DNA of 64,000 bases from the human T2T-CHM13v2.0 reference genome, Homo sapiens. A model generated the notes under the pieces. That model made no database searches, was not told where the DNA came from, and saw nothing but the letters and a program-made list of their open reading frames with translations. The stretch lies in assembly GCF_009914755.1 (NCBI RefSeq), contig NC_060936.1, one strand, 5' to 3'. A program made the translations under genes and the position numbers. Shown in pieces: positions 13,701 to 28,700 of the stretch (position 1 is its first letter; the number at the start of each line of letters is the position of its first letter).

Positions 13701-16700
13701 TGCACAAATAGGGTGTTTCAAATCTGCTCTGTCTAAAGGAAGGTTCAACTCTGTGAGTTGAATACACACACCACAAATAAGTTACTGAGAATTCTTCTGT
13801 CGAACATTACTTGAAGAAATCCCGTTTCCAACGAAGGCCTCAAAGAGGTCCAAATATCCACTTGCAGACATTACAAACAGAGTGTTTCCAAACTGCTCCA
13901 TCAAAAGAAAGGTTAAACTCTGTGAGCTGAACACACACATCAAAAAGAAGTTTCTGTGAATGATTCTGTCAAGATTTTATAAGATGTTTCCATTTCTACC
14001 GTAGGACTCAAAGCGCTTGAAACCTCCAGCTGCAAATTCCACAAAAAGGGTGTTTAACATCTGCTCTTCTAAAGGAAAGTTCAACTCTATGAGTTGAATA
14101 CACACAGCACAAAGAAGTTACTGAGACTTCTCCTATCAAACATTATATGAAGAAATCCCGTTTCCAACGAAGGCCTCAAAGAGGTCCAAATATCTGCTTG
14201 CAGACTTTAAAGACAGAGTTTTTCCAAACTGCTCCATCAAAAGAAAGGTTAAACTCCTTGAGTTGAACACACACATCACAAAGTAGTTTCTGTGAATGAT
14301 TCTGTCTAGTTTTTATACGAAGATGTTTCCTTTTCTACCTTTGGTCTCAAAGCGATTGAAATCTCCACATGGAAACTCCACAAAAAGAGTGTTTCAAATC
14401 TGCTCTTTCTGAAGGAAGGTTCAACTCTGTGAGTTGAATACACACACCACAAATAAGTTACTGAGAATTCTTCTGTGTAACATTATATGAGGAAATCCCG
14501 TTTCCAACGAAGGCCTCAAAGAGGTCCAAATATCCACTTGCAGACTTTACAAAGACAGTGTCTCCAAACTCCTCCATCAAAAGAAAGGTTATACTCTGTG
14601 AATTGAACGCACACATCACAAAGTAGTTTCTGAGAATGATTCTGTCTAGTTTTTATACGAAGATATTTCCTTTTCTACATTTGGCCTAAAAGCGCTTGAA
14701 ATCTCCACCTGCAAATATCACAAAAAGAGGGTTTCACATCTGCTCTGTCTAAAGGACAGTTCACCTCTGTGAGTTGAGTAGAGGCAACACAAAGAACTTA
14801 CTCAGTATTCTTCTTTCTAGCGTTCTATGAAGAAATCACGTTTCCAACGAAGGCCCCAAAGAGGTCCAAATATCTGCTTGCAGACTTTACAGACAGAGTG
14901 TTTCCAAACTACTCTATGAAAAGAAAGCTTAAACTTCTTGAGTTGAACGCACACATCACAAAGTAGTTTCTGAGAATGATTCTGTCTAGTTTTTATACGA
15001 AGATGTTTCCTTTTCTACATTTGGTCTCAAAGCGATTGAAATCTCCAACTGGAAACTGCACAAATAGGGTGTTTCAAATCTGCTCTGTCTAAAGGAAGGT
15101 TCAACTCTTTGAGTTGAATACACACACCACAAATAAGTTACTGAGAATTCTTCTGTCGAACATTACTTGAAGAAATCCCGTTTCCAACGAAGGCCTCAAA
15201 GAGGTCCAAATATCGACTTGCAGACATTACAAACAGAGTGTTTCCAAACTGCTCCATCAAAAGAAAGGTTAAACTCTGTGAGCTGAACACACACATCAAA
15301 AAGAAGTTTCTGTGAATGATTCTGTCTAGATTTTATAAGAAGATGTTTCCTTTTCTACTGTAGGCCTCAAAGTGCTTGAAATCTCCAGCTGCAAATTCCA
15401 CAAAAAGGGTGTTTAACATCTGCTCTTCTAAAGGAAAGTTCAACTCAATGAGTTGAATACACACAGCCCAAAGAAGTTACTGAGACTTCTCCTATCAAAC
15501 ATCATATGAAGAAATCCCGTTTCCAACGAAGGCCTCAAAGAGGTCCAAATATCTGCTTGCAGAGTTTACAAAGACAGTGTCTCCAAACTCCTCCATCAAA
15601 AGAAAGGTTATACTCTGTGAATTGAACGCACACATCACAAAGTAGTTTCTGAGAATGATTCTGTCTAGTTTTTATACGAAGATATTTCCTTTTCTACATT
15701 TGGCCTAAAAGCGCTTGAAGTCTCCACCTGCAAATATCACAAAAAGAGGGTTTCACATCTGCTCTGTCTAAAGGACAGTTCACCTTTGTGAGTTGAATAG
15801 AGGCAACACAAAGAACTTACTCAGTATTCTTCTTTCTAGCGTTCTATGAAGAAATCCCGTTTCCAACGAAGGCCCCAAAGAGGTCCAAATATCTGCTTGC
15901 AGACTTTACAGACAGAGTGTTTCCAAACTACTCTATGAAAAGAAAGCTTAAACTCCTTGAGTTGAACGCACACATCACAAAGTAGTTTCTGAGAATGATT
16001 CTGTCTAGTTTTTATACGAAGATGTTTCCTTTTCTACATTTGGTCTCAAAGCGATTGAAATCTCCAACTGGAAACTGCACAAATAGGGTGTTTCAAATCT
16101 GCTCTGTCTAAAGGAAGGTTCAACTCTGTGAGTTGAATACACACACCACAAATAAGTTACTGAGAATTCTTCTGTCGAACATTACTTGAAGAAATCCCGT
16201 TTCCAACGAAGGCCTCAAAGAGGTCCAAATATCCACTTGCAGACATTACAAACAGAGTGTTTCCAAACTGCTCCATCAAAAGAAAGGTTAAACTCTGTGA
16301 GCTGAACACACACATCAAAAAGAAGTTTCTGTGAATGATTCTGTCTAGATTTTATAAGAACATATTTCCTTTTCTACCGTAGGCCACAAAGCGCTTGAAA
16401 TCTCCAGCTGCAAATTCCACAAAAAGGGTGTTTAACATCTGCTCTTCTAAAGGAAAGTTCAACTCTATGAGTTGAATACACACAGCACAAAGAAGTTACT
16501 GAGATTTCTCCTATCAAACATTATATGAAGAAATCCCGTTTCCAACGAAGGCCTCAAAGAGGTCCAAATATCCACTTGCAGACATTACAAACAGAGTGTT
16601 TCCAAACTGTTCCATCAAAAGAAAGATTAAACTCTGTGAGCTGAACACACACATGAAAAAGAAGTTTCTGTGAATGATTCTGTCTAGATTTTATACGAAG

Positions 16701-19700
16701 ATGTTTCCTTTTCTACCTTTGGTCTCAATGCGATTGAAATCTCCACATGGAAACTCCACAAAAAGTGTGTTTGAAATCTGCTCTTTCTGAAGGAAGGTTC
16801 AACTCTGTGAGTTGAATAAACACACCACAAATAAGTTACTGAGAATTCTTCTGTGTAACATTATATGAGGAAATCCCGTTTCCAACGAAGGCCTCAAAGA
16901 GGTCCAAATATCCACTTGCAGACTTTACAAAGACAGTGTCTCCAAACTCCTCCATCAAAAGAAAGGTTATACTCTGTGAATTGAACGCACACATCACAAA
17001 GTAGTTTCTGAGAATGATTCTGTCTGGTTTTTATACGAAGATATTTCCTTTTCTACATTTGGCCTAAAAGCGCTTGAAATCTCCACCTGCAAATATCACA
17101 AAAAGAGGGTTTCACATCTGCTCTGTCTAAAGGACAGTTCACCTCTGTGAGTTGAATAGAGGCAACACAAAGAACTTACTCAGTATTCTTCTTTCTAGCG
17201 TTCTATGAAGAAATCCCGTTTCCAACGAAGGCCCCAAAGAGGTCCAAATATCTGCTTGCACACTTTACAGACAGAGTGTTTCCAAACTACTCTATGAAAA
17301 GAAAGCTTAAACTCCTTGAGTTGAACGCACACATCACAAAGTAGTTTCTGAGAATGATTCTGTCCAGTTTTTATACGAAGATGTTTCCTTTTCTACATTT
17401 GGTCTCAAAGCGATTGAAATCTCCAACTGGAAACTGCACAAATACGGTGTTTCAAATCTGCTCTGTCTAAAGGAAGGTTCAACTCTGTGAGTTGAATACA
17501 CACACCACAAATAAGTTACTGAGAATTCTTCTGTCGAACATTACTTGAAGAAATCCCGTTTCCAACGAAGGCCTCAAAGAGGTCCAAATATTCACTTGCA
17601 GATATTACAAACAGAGTGTTTCCAAACTGCTCCATCAAAAGAAAGGTTAAACTCTGTGAGCTGAACACACACATCAAAAACAAGTTTCTGTGAATGATTC
17701 TGTCTAGATTTTATAAGAAGATGTTTCCTTTTCTACCGTAGGACTCAAAGCGCTTGAAATCTCCAGCTGCAAATTCCACAAAAAGGGTGTTTAACATCTG
17801 CTCTTCTAAAGGAAAGTTCAACTCTATGAGTTGAATACACACAGCACAAAGAAGTTACTGAGACTTCTCCTATCAAACATTATATGAAGAAATCCCGTTT
17901 CCAACGAAGGCCTCAAAGAGGTCCAAATATCTGCTTGCAGACTTTAAAGACAGAGTTTTTCCAAACTGCTCCATCAAAAGAAAGGTTAAACTCCATGAGT
18001 TGAACACACACATCACAAAGTAGTTTCTGTGAATGATTCTGTCTAGTTTTTATACGAAGATGTTTCCTTTTCTAGCTTTGGTCTCAAAGCGATTGAAATC
18101 TCCACATGGAAACTCCACAAAAAGAGTGTTTCAAATCTGCTGTTTCTGAAGGAAGGTTCAACTCTGTGAGTTGAATACACGCACCACAAATAAGTTACTG
18201 GGAATTCTTCTGTGTAAAATTATATGAGGAAATCCCGTTTCCAACGAAGGCCTCAAAGAGGTCCAAATATCCACTTGCAGACTTTACAAAGACAGTGTCT
18301 CCAAACTCCTCCATCAAAAGAAAGGTTATACTTTGTGAATTGAACGCACACATCACAAAGTAGTTTCTGAGAATGATTCTGTCTAGTTTTTATACGAAGA
18401 TATTTCCTTTTCTACATTTGGCCTAAAAGCGCTTGAAATCTCCACCTGCAAATATCACAAAAAGAGGGTTTCACATCTGCTCTGTCTAAAGGACAGTTCA
18501 CCTCTGTGAGTTGAATAGAGGCAACACAAAGAACTTACTGAGTATTCTTCTTTCTAGCGTTCTATGAAGAAATCCCGTTTCCAACGAAGGCCCCAATGAG
18601 GTCCAAATATCTGCTTGCAGACTTTACAGACAGAGTGTTTCCAAACTACTCTATGAAAAGAAAGCTTAAACTCCTTGAGTTGAACGCACACATCACAAAG
18701 TAGTTTCTGAGAATGATTCTGTCTAGTTTTTATACGAAGATGTTTCCTTTTCTACATTTGGTCTCAAAGCGATTGAAATCTCCAACTGGAAACTGCACAA
18801 ATAGGGTGTTTCAAATCTGCTCTGTGTAAAGGAAGGTTCAACTCTGTGAGTTGAATACACACACCACAAATAAGTTACTGAGAATTCTTCTGTCAAACAT
18901 TACTTGAAGAAATCCCGTTTCCAACGAAGGCCTCAAAGAGGTCCAAATATCCACTTGCAGACATTACAAACAGAGTGTTTCCAAACTGCTCCATCAAAAG
19001 AAAGGTTAAACTCTGTGAGCTGAACACACACATCAAAAAGAAGTTTCTGTGAATGATTCTGTCTAGATTTTATAAGAAGATGTTTCCTTTTCTACCGTAG
19101 GCCTCAAAGCGCTTGAAATCTCCAGCTGCAAATTCCACAAAAAGGGTGTTTAACATCTGCTCTTCTAAAGGAAAGTTCAACTCTATGCGTTGAATACACA
19201 CAGCACAAAGAAGTTACTGAGACTTCTCCTATCAAACATTATATGAAGAAATCCCGTTTCCAACGAAGGCCTCAAAGAGGTCCAAATATCTGCTTGCAGA
19301 CTTTACAGACAGAGTGTTTCCAAACTGCTCCATCAAAAGAAAGGTTAAACTCCTTGAGTTGAACACACACATCACAAAGTAGTTTCTGTGAATGATTCTG
19401 TCTAGTTTTTATACGAAGATGTTTCCTTTTCTACCTTTGGTCTCAATGCGATTGAAATCTCCACATGGAAACTCCACAAAAAGAGTGTTTCAAATCTGCT
19501 CTTTCTGAAGGAAGGTTCAACTCTGTGAGTTGAATACACACACCACAAATAAGTTACTGAGAATTCTTCTGTGTAACATTATATGAGGAAATCCCGTTTC
19601 CAACGAAGGCCTCAAAGAGGTCCAAATATCCACTTGCAGACTTTACAAAGACAGTGTCTCCAAACTCCTCCATCAAAAGAAAGGTTATACTCTGTGAATT

Positions 19701-22700
19701 GAACGCACACATCACAAAGTAGTTTCTGAGAATGATTCTGTCTAGTTTTTATACGAAGATATTTCCTTTTCTACATTTGGCCTAAAAGCGCTTGAAATCT
19801 CCACCTGCAAATATCACAAAAAGAGGGTTTCACATCTGCTCTGTCTAAAGGACAGTTCACCTCTGTGAGTTGAATAGAGGCAACACAAAGAACTTACTCA
19901 GTATTCTTCTTTCTTGCGTTCTATGAAGAAATCCCGTTTCCAACGAAGGCCCCAAAGAGGTCCAAATATCTGCTTGCACACTTTACAGACAGAGTGTTTC
20001 CAAACTACTCTATGAAAAGAAAGCTTAAACTCCTTGAGTTGAACGCACACATCACAAAGTAGTTTCTGAGAATGATTCTGTCCAGTTTTTATACGAAGAT
20101 GTTTCCTTTTCTACATTTGGTCTCAAAGCGATTGAAATCTCCAACTGGAAACTGCACAAATAGGGTGTTTCAAATCTGCTCTGTCTAAAGGAAGGTTCAA
20201 CTCTGTGAGTTGAATACACACACCACAAATAAGTTACTGAGAATTCTTGTGTCGAACATTACTTGAAGAAATCCCGTTTCCAACGAAGGCCTCAAAGATG
20301 TCCAAATATTCACTTGCAGATATTACAAACAGAGTGTTTCCAAACTGCTCCATCAAAAGAAAGGTTAAACTCTGTGAGCTGAACACACACATCAAAAAGA
20401 AGTTTCTGTGAATGATTCTGTCAAGATTTTATAAGATGTTTCCATTTCTACCGTAGGACTCAAAGCGCTTGAAATCTCCAGCTGCAAATTCCACAAAAAG
20501 GGTGTTTAACATCTGCTCTTCTAAAGGAAAGTTCAACTCTATGAGTTGAATACACACAGCACAAAGAAGTTACTGAGACTTCTCCTATCAAACATTATAT
20601 GAAGAAATCCCGTTTCCAACGAAGGCCTCAAAGAGGTCCAAATATCTGCTTGCAGACTTTAAAGACAGAGTTTTTCCAAACTGCTCCATCAAAAGAAAGG
20701 TTAAACTCCTTGAGTTGAACACACACATCACAAAGTAGTTTCTGTGAATGATTCTGTCTAGTTTCTATACGAAGATGTTTCCTTTTCTACGTTTGGTCTC
20801 AAAGCGATTGAAATCTCCACATGGAAACTCCACAAAAAGAGTGTTTCAAATCTGCTCTTTCTGAAGGAAGGTTCAACTCTGTGAGTTGAATACACACACC
20901 GCAAATAAGTTACTGAGAATTCTTCTGTGTAACATTATATGAGGAAATCCCGTTTCCAACGAAGGCCTCAAAGAGGTCCAAATATCCACTTGCAGACTTT
21001 ACAAAGACAGTGTCTCCAAACTCCTCCATCAAAAGAAAGGTTATACTCTGTGAATTGAACGCACACATCACAAAGTAGTTTCTGAGAATGATTCTGTCTA
21101 GTTTTTATACGAAGATATTTCCTTTTCTACATTTGGCCTAAAAGCGCTTGAAATCTCCACCTGCAAATATCACAAAAAGAGGGTTTCACATCTGCTCTGT
21201 CTAAAGGACAGTTCACCTCTGTGAGTTGAGTAGAGGCAACACAAAGAACTTACTCAGTATTCTTCTTTCTAGCGTTCTATGAAGAAATCACGTTTCCAAC
21301 GAAGGCCCCAAAGAGGTCCAAATATCTGCTTGCAGACTTTACAGACAGAGTGTTTCCAAACTACTCTATGAAAAGAAAGCTTAAACTTCTTGAGTTGAAC
21401 GCACACATCACAAAGTAGTTTCTGAGAATGATTCTGTCTAGTTTTTATACGAAGATGTTTCCTTTTCTACATTTGGTCTCAAAGCGATTGAAATCTCCAA
21501 CTGGAAACTGCACAAATAGGGTGTTTCAAATCTGCTCTGTCTAAAGGAAGGTTCAACTCTTTGAGTTGAATACACACACCACAAATAAGTTACTGAGAAT
21601 TCTTCTGTCGAACATTACTTGAAGAAATCCCGTTTCCAACGAAGGCCTCAAAGAGGTCCAAATATCCACTTGCAGACATTACAAACAGAGTGTTTCCAAA
21701 CTGCTCCATCAAAAGAAAGGTTAAACTCTGTGAGCTGAACACACACATCAAAAAGAAGTTTCTGTGAATGATTCTGTCTAGATTTTATAAGAAGATGTTT
21801 CCTTTTCTACTGTAGGCCTCAAAGTGCTTGAAATCTCCAGCTGCAAATTCCACAAAAAGGGTGTTTAACATCTGCTCTTCTAAAGGAAAGTTCAACTCAA
21901 TGAGTTGAATACACACAGCCCAAAGAAGTTACTGAGACTTCTCCTATCAAACATTATATGAAGAAATCCCGTTTCCAACGAAGGCCTCAAAGAGGTCCAA
22001 ATATCTGCTTGCAGACTTTACAAAGACAGTGTCTCCAAACTCCTCCATCAAAAGAAAGGTTATACTCTGTGAATTGAACGCACACATCACAAAGTAGTTT
22101 CTGAGAATGATTCTGTCTAGTTTTTATACGAAGATATTTCCTTTTCTACATTTGGCCTAAAAGCGCTTGAAGTCTCCACCTGCAAATATCACAAAAAGAG
22201 GGTTTCACATCTGCTCTGTCTAAAGGACAGTTCACCTTTGTGAGTTGAATAGAGGCAACACAAAGAACTTACTCAGTATTCTTCTTTCTAGCGTTCTATG
22301 AAGAAATCCCGTTTCCAACGAAGGCCCCAAAGAGGTCCAAATATCTGCTTGCAGACTTTACAGACAGAGTGTTTCCAAACTACTCTATGAAAAGAAAGCT
22401 TAAACTCCTTGAGTTGAACGCACACATCACAAATTAGTTTCTGAGAATGATTCTGTCTAGTTTTTATACGAAGATGTTTCCTTTTCTACATTTGGTCTCA
22501 AAGCGATTGAAATCTCCAACTGGAAACTGCACAAATAGGGTGTTTCAAATCTGCTCTGTCTAAAGGAAGGTTCAACTCTGTGAGTTGAATACACACACCA
22601 CAAATAAGTTACTGAGAATTCTTCTGTCGAACATTACTTGAAGAAATCCCGTTTCCAACGAAGGCCTCAAAGAGGTCCAAATATCCACTTGCAGACATTA

Positions 22701-25700
22701 CAAACAGAGTGTTTCCAAACTGCTCCATCAAAAGAAAGGTTAAACTCTGTGAGCTGAACACACACATCAAAAAGAAGTTTCTGTGAATGATTCTGTCTAG
22801 ATTTTATAAGAACATATTTCCTTTTCTACCGTAGGCCACAAAGCGCTTGAAATCTCCAGCTGCAAATTCCACAAAAAGGGTGTTTAACATCTGCTCTTCT
22901 AAAGGAAAGTTCAACTCTATGAGTTGAATACACACAGCACAAAGAAGTTACTGAGACTTCTCCTATCAAACATTATATGAAGAAATCCCGTTTCCAACGA
23001 AGGCCTCAAAGAGGTCCAAATATCCACTTGCAGACATTACAAACAGAGTGTTTCCAAACTGTTCCATCAAAAGAAAGATTAAACTCTGTGAGCTGAACAC
23101 ACACATGAAAAAGAAGTTTCTGTGAATGATTCTGTCTAGATTTTATACGAAGATGTTTCCTTTTCTACCTTTGGTCTCAATGCGATTGAAATCTCCACAT
23201 GGAAACTCCACAAAAAGTGTGTTTGAAATCTGCTCTTTCTGAAGGAAGGTTCAACTCTGTGAGTTGAATAAACACACCACAAATAAGTTACTGAGAATTC
23301 TTCTGTGTAACATTATATGAGGAAATCCCGTTTCCAACGAAGGCCTCAAAGAGGTCCAAATATCCACTTGCAGACTTTACAAAGACAGTGTCTCCAAACT
23401 CCTCCATCAAAAGAAAGGTTATACTCTGTGAATTGAACGCACACATCACAAAGTAGTTTCTGAGAATGATTCTGTCTAGTTTTTATACGAAGATATTTCC
23501 TTTTCTACATTTGGCCTAAAAGCGCTTGAAATCTCCACCTGCAAATATCACAAAAAGAGGGTTTCACATCTGCTCTGTCTAAAGGACAGTTCACCTCTGT
23601 GAGTTGAATAGAGGCAACACAAAGAACTTACTCAGTATTCTTCTTTCTAGCGTTCTATGAAGAAATCCCGTTTCCAACGAAGGCCCCAAAGAGGTCCAAA
23701 TATCTGCTTGCACACTTTACAGACAGAGTGTTTCCAAACTACTCTATGAAAAGAAAGCTTAAACTCCTTGAGTTGAACGCACACATCACAAAGTAGTTTC
23801 TGAGAATGATTCTGTCCAGTTTTTATACGAAGATGTTTCCTTTTCTACATTTGGTCTCAAAGCGATTGAAATCTCCAACTGGAAACTGCACAAATAGGGT
23901 GTTTCAAATCTGCTCTTTGTAAAGGAAGGTTCAACTCTGTGAGTTGAATACACACACCACAAATAAGTTACTGAGAATTCTTCTGTCAAACATTACTTGA
24001 AGAAATCCCGTTTCCAACGAAGGCCTCAAAGAGGTCCAAATATCCACTTGCAGACATTACAAACAGAGTGTTTCCAAACTGCTCCATCAAAAGAAAGGTT
24101 AAACTCTGTGAGCTGAACACACACATCAAAAAGAAGTTTCTGTGAATGATTCTGTCTAGATTTTATAAGAAGATGTTTCCTTTTCTACCGTAGGCCTCAA
24201 AGCGCTTGAAATCTCCAGCTGCAAATTCCACAAAAAGGGTGTTTAACATCTGCTCTTCTAAAGGAAAGTTCAACTCTATGCGTTGAATACACACAGCACA
24301 AAGAAGTTACTGAGACTTCTCCTATCAAACATTATATGAAGAAATCCCGTTTCCAACGAAGGCCTCAAAGAGGTCCAAATATCTGCTTGCAGACTTTACA
24401 GACAGAGTGTTTCCAAACTGCTCCATCAAAAGAAAGGTTAAACTCCTTGAGTTGAACACACACATCACAAAGTAGTTTCTGTGAATGATTCTGTCTAGTT
24501 TTTATACGAAGATGTTTCCTTTTCTACCTTTGGTCTCAATGCGATTGAAATCTCCACATGGAAACTCCACAAAAAGAGTGTTTCAAATCTGCTCTTTCTG
24601 AAGGAAGGTTCAACTCTGTGAGTTGAATACACACACCACAAATAAGTTACTGAGAATTCTTCTGTGTAACATTATATGAGGAAATCCCGTTTCCAACGAA
24701 GGCCTCAAAGAGGTCCAAATATCCACTTGCAGACTTTACAAAGACAGTGTCTCCAAACTCCTCCATCAAAAGAAAGGTTATACTCTGTGAATTGAACGCA
24801 CACATCACAAAGTAGTTTCTGAGAATGATTCTGTCTAGTTTTTATACGAAGATATTTCCTTTTCTACATTTGGCCTAAAAGCGCTTTAAATCTCCACCTG
24901 CAAATATCACAAAAAGAGGGTTTCACATCTGCTCTGTCTAAAGGACAGTTCACCTCTGTGAGTTGAATAGAGGCAACACAAAGAACTTACTCAGTATTCT
25001 TCTTTCTTGCGTTCTATGAAGAAATCCCGTTTCCAACGAAGGCCCCAAAGAGGTCCAAATATCTGCTTGCACTCTTTACAGACAGAGTGTTTCCAAACTA
25101 CTCTATGAAAAGAAAGCTTAAACTCCTTGAGTTGAACGCACACATCACAAAGTAGTTTCTGAGAATGATTCTGTCCAGTTTTTATACGAAGATGTTTCCT
25201 TTTCTACATTTGGTCTCAAAGCGATTGAAATCTCCAACTGGAAACTGCACAAATAGGGTGTTTCAAATCTGCTCTGTCTAAAGGAAGGTTCAACTCTGTG
25301 AGTTGAATACACACACCACAAATAAGTTACTGAGAATTCTTGTGTCGAACATTACTTGAAGAAATCCCGTTTCCAACGAAGGCCTCAAAGAGGTCCAAAT
25401 ATTCACTTGCAGATATTACAAACAGAGTGTTTCCAAACTGCTCCATCAAAAGAAAGGTTAAACTCTGTGAGCTGAACACACACATCAAAAAGAAGTTTCT
25501 GTGAATGATTCTGTCAAGATTTTATAAGATGTTTCCATTTCTACCGTAGGACTCAAAGCGCTTGAAATCTCCAGCTGCAAATTCCACAAAAAGGGTGTTT
25601 AACATCTGCTCTTCTAAAGGAAAGTTCAACTCTATGAGTTGAATACACACAGCACAAAGAAGTTACTGAGACTTCTCCTATCAAACATTATATGAAGAAA

Positions 25701-28700
25701 TCCCGTTTCCAACGAAGGCCTCAAAGAGGTCCAAATATCTGCTTGCAGACTTTAAAGACAGAGTTTTTCCAAACTGCTCCATCAAAAGAAAGGTTAAACT
25801 CCTTGAGTTGAACACACACATCACAAAGTAGATTCTGTGAATGATTCTGTCTAGTTTCTATACGAAGATGTTTCCTTTTCTACCTTTGGTCTCAAAGCGA
25901 TTGAAATCTCCACATGGAAACTCCACAAAAAGAGTGTTTCAAATCTGCTCTTTCTGAAGGAAGGTTCAACTCTGTGAGTTGAATACACACACCACAAATA
26001 AGTTACTGAGAATTCTTCTGTGTAACATTATATGAGGAAATCCCGTTTCCAACGAAGGCCTCAAAGAGGTCCAAATATCCACTTGCAGACTTTACAAAGA
26101 CAGTGTCTCCAAACTCCTCCATCAAAAGAAAGGTTATACTCTGTGAATTGAACGCACACATCACAAAGTAGTTTCTGAGAATGATTCTGTCTAGTTTTTA
26201 TACGAAGATATTTCCTTTTCTACATTTGGCCTAAAAGCGCTTGAAATCTCCACCTGCAAAAAGAGGGTTTCACATCTGCTCTGTCTAAAGGACAGTTCAC
26301 CTCTGTGAGTTGAGTAGAGGCAACACAAAGAACTTACTCAGTATTCTTCTTTCCAGCGTTCTATGAAGAAATCACGTTTCCAACGAAGGCCCCAATGAGG
26401 TCCAAATATCTGCTTGCAGACTTTACAGACAGAGTGTTTCCAAACTACTCTATGAAAAGAAAGCTTAAACTTCTTGAGTTGAACGCACACATCACAAAGT
26501 AGTTTCTGAGAATGATTCTGTCTAGTTTTTATACGAAGATGTTTCCTTTTCTACATTTGGTCTCAAAGCGATTGAAATCTCCAACTGGAAACTGCACAAA
26601 TAGGGTGTTTCAAATCTGCTCTGTCTAAAGGAAGGTTCAACTCTTTGAGTTGAATACACACACCACAAATAAGTTACTGAGAATTCTTCTGTCGAACATT
26701 ACTTGAAGAAATCCCGTTTCCAACGAAGGCCTCAAAGTGGTCCAAATATCCACTTGCAGACATTACAAACAGAGTGTTTCCAAACTGCTCCATCAAAAGA
26801 AAGGTTAAACTCTGTGAGCTGAACACACACATCAAAAAGAAGTTTCTGTGAATGATTCTGTCTAGATTTTATAAGAAGATGTTTCCTTTTCTACCGTAGG
26901 CCTCAAAGTGCTTGAAATCTCCAGCTGCAAATTCCACAAAAAGGGTGTTTAACATCTGCTCTTCTAAAGGAAAGTTCAACTCAATGAGTTGAATACACAC
27001 AGCCCAAAGAAGTTACTGAGACTTCTCCTATCAAACATTATATGAAGAAATCCCGTTTCCAACGAAGGCCTCAAAGAGGTCCAAATATCTGCTTGCAGAC
27101 TTTACAAAGACAGTGTCTCCAAACTCCTCCATCAAAAGAAAGGTTATACTCTGTGAATTGAACGCACACATCACAAAGTAGTTTCTGAGAATGATTCTGT
27201 CTAGTTTTTATACGAAGATATTTCCTTTTCTACATTTGGCCTAAAAGCGCTTGAAGTCTCCACCTGCAAATATCACAAAAAGAGGGTTTCACATCTGCTC
27301 TGTCTAAAGGACAGTTCACCTTTGTGAGTTGAATAGAGGCAACACAAAGAACTTACTCAGTATTCTTCTTTCTAGCGTTCTATGAAGAAATCCCGTTTCC
27401 AACGAAGGCCCCAAAGAGGTCCAAATATCTGCTGGCAGACTTTACAGACAGAGTGTTTCCAAACGACTCTATGAAAAGAAAGCTTAAACTCCTTGAGTTG
27501 AACGCACACATCACAAAGTAGTTTCTGAGAATGATTCTGTCTAGTTTTTATACGAAGATGTTTCCTTTCCTACATTTGGTCTCAAAGCGATTGAAATCTC
27601 CAACTGGAAACTGCACAAATAGGGTGTTTCAAATCTGCTCTGTCTAAAGGAAGGTTCAACTCTGTGAGTTGAATACACACACCACAAATAAGTTACTGAG
27701 AATTCTTCTGTCGAACATTACTTGAAGAAATCCCGTTTCCAACGAAGGCCTCAAAGAGGTCCAAATATCCACTTGCAGACATTACAAACAGAGTGTTTCC
27801 AAACTGCTCCATCAAAAGAAAGGTTAAACTCTGTGAGCTGAACAAACACATCAAAAAGAAGTTTCTGTGAATGATTCTGTCAAGATTTTATAAGATGTTT
27901 CCATTTCTACCGTAGGACTCAAAGCGCTTGAAACCTCCAGCTGCAAATTCCACAAAAAGGGTGTTTAACATCTGCTCTTCTAAAGGAAAGTTCAACTCTA
28001 TGAGTTGAATACACACAGCACAAAGAAGTTACTGAGACTTCTCCTATCAAACATTATATGAAGAAATCCCGTTTCCAACGAAGGCCTCAAAGAGGTCCAA
28101 ATATCTGCTTGCAGACTTTAAAGACAGAGTTTTTCGAAACTGCTCCATCAAAAGAAAGGTTAAACTCCTTGAGTTGAACACACACATCACAAAGTAGTTT
28201 CTGTGAATGATTCTGTCTAGTTTTTATACGAAGATGTTTCCTTTTCTACCTTTGGTCTCAAAGCGATTGAAATCTCCACATGGAAACTCCACAAAAAGAG
28301 TGTTTCAAATCTGCTCTTTCTGAAGGAAGGTTCAACTCTGTGAGTTGAATACACACACCACAAATAAGTTACTGAGAATTCTTCTGTGTAACATTATATG
28401 AGGAAATCCCGTTTCCAACGAAGGCCTCAAAGAGGTCCAAATATCCACTTGCAGACTTTACAAAGACAGTGTCTCCAAACTCCTCCATCAAAAGAAAGGT
28501 TATACTCTGTGAATTGAACGCACACATCACAAAGTAGTTTCTGAGAATGATTCTGTCTAGTTTTTATACGAAGATATTTCCTTTTCTACATTTGGCCTAA
28601 AAGCGCTTGAAATCTCCACCTGCAAATATCACAAAAAGAGGGTTTCACATCTGCTCTGTCTAAAGGACAGTTCACCTCTGTGAGTTGAGTAGAGGCAACA

